NCBI GenBank assembly: GCA_965223665.1
Contig: OZ245011.1
Span: 1,280,001-1,344,000 of the forward strand
DNA: 64,000 nucleotides
Source: Nitrospinaceae bacterium
Lineage (GTDB): Bacteria; Nitrospinota; Nitrospinia; Nitrospinales; Nitrospinaceae
Direction of reading: 5' to 3'
The translations under genes and the position numbers were made by a program. Under the pieces are notes generated by a model. That model saw only the letters and a list, made by a program, of their open reading frames with translations. It did not search any database and was not told where the DNA came from. Shown here in pieces: positions 59,717 to 64,000 of the stretch. Position 1 is the stretch's first letter. Every line of letters starts with the position of its first letter.

Positions 59717-61128
59717 ACGATATCTCCAAAAAAACATCAAAAAATTCCGTACTGGAAGTAAAAAACCCTTTCGATCAAAAGTTTATTGATTCAGTTCAAG
59801 TTGAATCCTGGGATCAAGTAGATCAAAGGTTAAATCATGCTGTTCAATTGTTTCGCAACAAAAAATCCTGGCTTCCTGCTTACAAGAGAATTGAAATATT
59901 AAAAAATGTAGCGCGGTCCATGGAAACCCGTTTTGAGGAGTTAGCTTTTCAAATTGCCAACGAAGGGGGAAAACCACTTATTGATGCTCGCGTGGAAGTG
60001 ACCCGCGCTATTGATGGAGTAGAGCTTTGCGTTAAGGAAATAGATCATCTAACAGGAAAAGAAATTGCAATGGATTTAACCAAGGCTGGATCCGGACGAA
60101 AAGCCTTCACTTATCACGAGCCCATTGGCCCGGTAGTTGCAATTTCGGCATTTAATCACCCCTTAAATCTAATTGTTCATCAAGTGGCGCCAGCCGTTGC
60201 AGTTGGATGCCCTGTAATTATAAAACCGGCTGATGACACACCATTGTCAGCTAAAACTTTTGTTGAGATTTTGCATGAATCAGGACTTCCCCAATATTGG
60301 TGTCAATTTGTTGTTTGTGATATCCCAACCGCTGAGCGCTTAGTTACTGATTCACGAGTAGCATTTTTTTCTTTTATAGGTTCTGCCAGGGTTGGCTGGA
60401 TGTTGCGCAACAAGTTAGCTCCAGGTACCCGTTGTGCCTTGGAACATGGTGGAGCCGCGCCGGTAATAGTGGATGAAAGTGCAGATATCGACAAAATGAT
60501 CCCTTCTCTCACAAAAGGAGGCTTTTACCACGCAGGACAAGTTTGCGTTTCCGTACAAAGAGTATTTTGTCCGAAAAAAAGAGAGTGGGAAATTGCACAA
60601 AAATTAGCTGACTTAGCAGCAAAACTGGTCGTTGGAAATGCGATTGCAGAAAAGACTGAAGTAGGCCCTTTAATCCGTCCTCAAGAAACTAATCGAATTG
60701 ATTTATGGGTAAAGGAAGCTTTGGAAAGTGGTGGAAAAGCTCTTTGTGGTGCTAAAAAGTTAAGTGAAACAACTTACTCTCCCACTATTTTGCTAAATCC
60801 ATCAGATCAAGCCAAAGTGTCTACACAAGAAATTTTTGGTCCTGTAGTATGTGTTTATTCATACAAAACCATAGACGAAGCCCTTCAAAGAGCAAATGCC
60901 CTACCCTACGCTTTTCAGGCTTCTTGTTTTACAAATCGCCTGGATATCGCTTCCCAATGTATTCGGGAATTAGATGCAACAGCCGTCATGATAAACGATC
61001 ATACTGCTTTTCGAGTCGACTGGATGCCTTTTGCTGGACGAAAGCAATCAGGCTATGGGGTTGGAGGCATTCCACATACAATGCTCGACATGACACAGGA
61101 AAAAATGATGGTTATTAACGATTTCTAG
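59713..61128 (+). CDS. NAD(P)-dependent aldehyde dehydrogenase
   Basis: FNHPLN, IKPA, FIGS, LEHGG, GQVC (catalytic Cys), EIFGP, PFAGRKQSG; ATGA overlap with upstream gene. Confidence 0.92.
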   Translation: MNDISKKTSKNSVLEVKNPFDQKFIDSVQVESWDQVDQRLNHAVQLFRNKKSWLPAYKRIEILKNVARSMETRFEELAFQIANEGGKPLIDARVEVTRAIDGVELCVKEIDHLTGKEIAMDLTKAGSGRKAFTYHEPIGPVVAISAFNHPLNLIVHQVAPAVAVGCPVIIKPADDTPLSAKTFVEILHESGLPQYWCQFVVCDIPTAERLVTDSRVAFFSFIGSARVGWMLRNKLAPGTRCALEHGGAAPVIVDESADIDKMIPSLTKGGFYHAGQVCVSVQRVFCPKKREWEIAQKLADLAAKLVVGNAIAEKTEVGPLIRPQETNRIDLWVKEALESGGKALCGAKKLSETTYSPTILLNPSDQAKVSTQEIFGPVVCVYSYKTIDEALQRANALPYAFQASCFTNRLDIASQCIRELDATAVMINDHTAFRVDWMPFAGRKQSGYGVGGIPHTMLDMTQEKMMVINDF

Positions 61129-61142
61129 ATTATGGAGTTGAT

Positions 61143-61922
61143 TTAAAACCCAGATCTGGATGTTGCTTTCACTAACGTATCAGAATTTTTCCAAATAAGT
61201 TGATCTTCAGGAATCAAGAAATCACCCTTCCCATTTCTAAACGGACGCCACTCATGATTCACATAAAGTTCATTGGGTCGGAAGTTCGCTTTATAAGACA
61301 AAGATTGATTTTTAGATATGAAATAGCCCATATAAAAATAGGGAATACTTTTACTTTGGCAAAATTGAATTTGCTTAAGTACACTGAAAGTTCCCAAACT
61401 CATCTTGGACTGTGGCACATCATAAAAAGTATAAACTGCGGAAAACGTTTTACGAGTAACATCAGATAACGCCACTCCAACTAATTTGCCTTCGTAATAA
61501 TATTCAAATTCCCATCCAAAGGGCGTATTGGTATAAAAAGATAGGCGAAAGTTTTCTTCGTCTTCTACATCATCCTGCAATGATTGAAATCGCCCTTTAT
61601 GTTTGAGGTAAAGTTGAAACTTTTCATGCGTGAATTTGGGAGGAGCCATAAATATCTCGATTCCTTCACATTCCTTTATGGATCTCCGCTGACTACGATT
61701 CATTTTAAAAACTTCAGTTCGCAGTCTTATAGGAACACATTCATAACATTTTTGGCAGCGAGGTCGAAAATAGTATTCCCCAAAATGCCTCATTCCATGA
61801 GCCAACATATATTCAAATTCGACCTCAGATATATCCTCTAAGAGATATTCTTCGAATAAAGATTGTCGGTCCTTAAAATAACCGCACTGAAATGGCTTAG
61901 AATCGATAAAATGGGCAAGCAT
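61143..61922 (-). CDS. ATE/Bpt-family aminoacyl-tRNA-protein transferase (N-degron pathway)
   Basis: C.Y, G.RHFG..Y.RP.C..C..C.PIR, SAVYTFYD, SLGTFSVL.QI, YMGY, YKANFRP. Confidence 0.85.
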   Translation of the reverse strand: MLAHFIDSKPFQCGYFKDRQSLFEEYLLEDISEVEFEYMLAHGMRHFGEYYFRPRCQKCYECVPIRLRTEVFKMNRSQRRSIKECEGIEIFMAPPKFTHEKFQLYLKHKGRFQSLQDDVEDEENFRLSFYTNTPFGWEFEYYYEGKLVGVALSDVTRKTFSAVYTFYDVPQSKMSLGTFSVLKQIQFCQSKSIPYFYMGYFISKNQSLSYKANFRPNELYVNHEWRPFRNGKGDFLIPEDQLIWKNSDTLVKATSRSGF

Positions 61923-62147
61923 GGAAAAATAAAGTGCAAAATGAATACTTTTTATTGAGACATATTCTATTATATATTTGGATAGATGAATAGATCAAAC
62001 GAATCAACTTTTTGTAAAATAATCCTTTATTAATTAAGGTTTTCAATATATTTGAAATTTAGTTAGTTTTAATCTACGATTATGGTCGGTTTAAATTTAT
62101 TATTTAATTCCAATACACTTACCTTCCTAAATTTCAATTGATTTCCA

Positions 62148-62825
62148 TTGAAGACCACAATTATTATTCCCACCCTTAATGAATCCAAAATCCTGGCAAA
62201 CACCCTGGAAAAAGTTAAAAAACTTCAACCCCATGAAATTATTATTGGTGATGGCGGCAGCCAGGATGAAACCCTCGAAATTGCAAAAACATATCCAACA
62301 AAGATTGTTTTAAGTCCCCCTGGTAGGAGTTTGCAAATGAATGCAGCGGCGGGTGAAGCTTCTGGAGATATTCTACTATTTCACCATGCAGATAGTTTTA
62401 TAACTAAAAAAGGTTTTGAAAAAATGAATGCAGTAATTGCAAAGGGGAAGTACTTTGGTGGGGCGTTTAGTTTACAAATTGATTCAGATCAACCCAGGTT
62501 AAAGCGAATATCACGTTGGGCCACTCTCCGTTCAAGATTTTTAAATTTAACTTACGGAGATCAGGCCATATTTGTACGTCGGGATATTTTTGAGGAACTG
62601 AACGGGTACATGCCTATTCCCATATGCGAGGATTTAGATTTTTCTCTAAGGCTGAAGAAGCGTGGGCCAATGATTATTTTAAAAGATAAATCCTATACCT
62701 CTCCGAGGCGCTGGTTAAAGGAAGGGATAGGTTTTACAACAGCCCGGAATTTACTAATTTCTTCCCTTTTTCTGCTGGGTGTTTCTCCCAATCGACTTTG
62801 TCGTTGGTATCCCCCAAAACGTTGA
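62148..62825 (+). CDS. GT2 glycosyltransferase, TIGR04283-like
   Basis: IIIPTLNE, DGGSQD, GRSLQMN, HAD, YGDQAIF, ED..FS, TS.RRW. Confidence 0.82.
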   Translation: MKTTIIIPTLNESKILANTLEKVKKLQPHEIIIGDGGSQDETLEIAKTYPTKIVLSPPGRSLQMNAAAGEASGDILLFHHADSFITKKGFEKMNAVIAKGKYFGGAFSLQIDSDQPRLKRISRWATLRSRFLNLTYGDQAIFVRRDIFEELNGYMPIPICEDLDFSLRLKKRGPMIILKDKSYTSPRRWLKEGIGFTTARNLLISSLFLLGVSPNRLCRWYPPKR

Positions 62826-62978
62826 AAGCTAACAAAAGCACTTCATCAACCTTAAATTAATTAGGTAACACTCATTTATTCAATACTTCACTTACTCTCT
62901 TTATCTCTTCTCATTTGGTCAGGTTCTTTATATAATGGCATTAAATATTGAAAAATTTTAATTCAAACGGATATTGGT

Positions 62979-63443
62979 GTGGGAAAACGAAAAAACAAAA
63001 AAAACTCTAAACAACGAAAATTTCCAAAGAGTAAATTGTCAAGACCTGTGGCTTTCATTATTCCCATAATTTTAACTTTAGGTTTAGTTTATTGGTACAC
63101 AAAGCCGCCCACTGTTCCTCAAGCGGCGGCAACGGGACAGTTAATTGAAAATCGGCCTATCCTTTCCCCCGCGGGTTTTACTGGAAAAGCCGCATTGGCA
63201 TACAGATATGCTGCAGAAATCCCAAAGGTTATTGACAGCCAATTTTGCTATTGTTACTGCAAACGAGATCATGGTCACAAAACATTGCTTACTTGCTTCA
63301 CCAATAAACATGGTTCCGAATGTGACGTTTGCATTGAAGAAGTACTTTACTCTTATCAATTATATAAAGAAGGAAAAACCATTGATGAAATTGTAGTTGC
63401 CATTGATAAAAAGTTTTACCGACCCTACAAACGTCATATGTAA
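62979..63443 (+). CDS. Membrane-anchored PCYCGC-like Cys-motif protein
   Basis: TM helix; FCYCYC...GH..LL.CF...HGSEC.VC. Confidence 0.78.
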   Translation: MGKRKNKKNSKQRKFPKSKLSRPVAFIIPIILTLGLVYWYTKPPTVPQAAATGQLIENRPILSPAGFTGKAALAYRYAAEIPKVIDSQFCYCYCKRDHGHKTLLTCFTNKHGSECDVCIEEVLYSYQLYKEGKTIDEIVVAIDKKFYRPYKRHM

Positions 63444-63454
63444 TTAAAAAACTT

Positions 63455-64000
63455 ATGGAACAAGCTATAAATAAAAAACCGGTTAGCATATACATTCCTT
63501 ATGCTTTATTAGCAACTGCTTTACTTTCCATTTTAATAATGGCAATCAACAAAGTAGAACTCAAACCCTTTGAAGTTGAATATCCTGCAGAAGCTTTTAT
63601 TGCCCCCAACTTTGACCTACCAACGATTTCAGGGGGTAAAATTTCACTCAAGGAATATAGGGGTAAAGTGGTATTTATCAATTTTTGGGCTACTTGGTGT
63701 GCAACCTGCGAGGTAGAAATGCCTTCAATGCAAAAAGTCTATAACGAGTTTAAAGATAAAGGGCTGGAGATGCTAACGATCAGTGTAGATAAAGATCAAA
63801 GTAAAATTCAACCATTTATGGAAAAACATAAGCTAACCTTTCCTGTTCTTCTCGACCCTGAAGAAAGTATCGCCAAAAAAGTATATAAAACTACTGGGGT
63901 ACCGGAGACATTTATTGTAAACAAAGCAGGTATCATTGTTCATAAAGCCATTGGCCCAAGAGATTGGGCAACAGAAGAAGCTATTGCCGCTTTTGCTCAA
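63455..64000 (+). CDS. TlpA/ResA-family thiol-disulfide reductase, 3'-truncated
   Basis: Hand translation: MEQAINKK, TM helix, APNFDL, KVVFINFWATWCATCEVEMPSM, GVPETFIV, GPRDW; open to window end. Confidence 0.9.
   Translation, partial: MEQAINKKPVSIYIPYALLATALLSILIMAINKVELKPFEVEYPAEAFIAPNFDLPTISGGKISLKEYRGKVVFINFWATWCATCEVEMPSMQKVYNEFKDKGLEMLTISVDKDQSKIQPFMEKHKLTFPVLLDPEESIAKKVYKTTGVPETFIVNKAGIIVHKAIGPRDWATEEAIAAFAQ

Noticed and set aside
63499-63681. 60-aa minus-strand ORF at the window end
   Set aside because: Antisense to the TlpA gene that runs off the window on the plus strand

Overview
AT-rich, gene-dense bacterial chromosome segment of mostly housekeeping genes. I see no rRNA, tRNA, CRISPR array, IS element or prophage. 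Gene content (ATP citrate lyase aclBA, an EbdC/NxrC-like heme b lipoprotein, a MauG-like di-heme enzyme, LRR, HEAT and pentapeptide proteins) suggests a reverse-TCA chemolithoautotroph, plausibly Nitrospinota (inference only). Main blocks in order: sulfur-carrier cluster (thrC-like, MoaD/CysO, MoeB, CysM-like, 2Fe-2S ferredoxin); heterodimeric ABC exporter; manC; long-form ACL; a 1762-aa secreted repeat protein with near-identical 348/354-nt tandem repeats; an ATP-grasp::FMN alpha-hydroxy-acid oxidoreductase fusion coupled to an HpcH/CitE-fold lyase; comM; xerC-hslVU-argB; hrcA-grpE-mutM; ilvD; dnaE; ald; a di-heme peroxidase behind a near-perfect Fur box; and a coupled ALS-like/ALDH pair. The strongest candidates for undescribed biology are the ATP-grasp fusion plus aldolase operon, the Fur-boxed MauG-like enzyme, the ACL alpha subunit with an apparent duplicated lyase module, and a possible 2-oxoglutarate decarboxylase/SSADH shunt. 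Two small membrane ORFs missing from the ORF track were also found. All family calls come from motif recognition by eye, not database searches.
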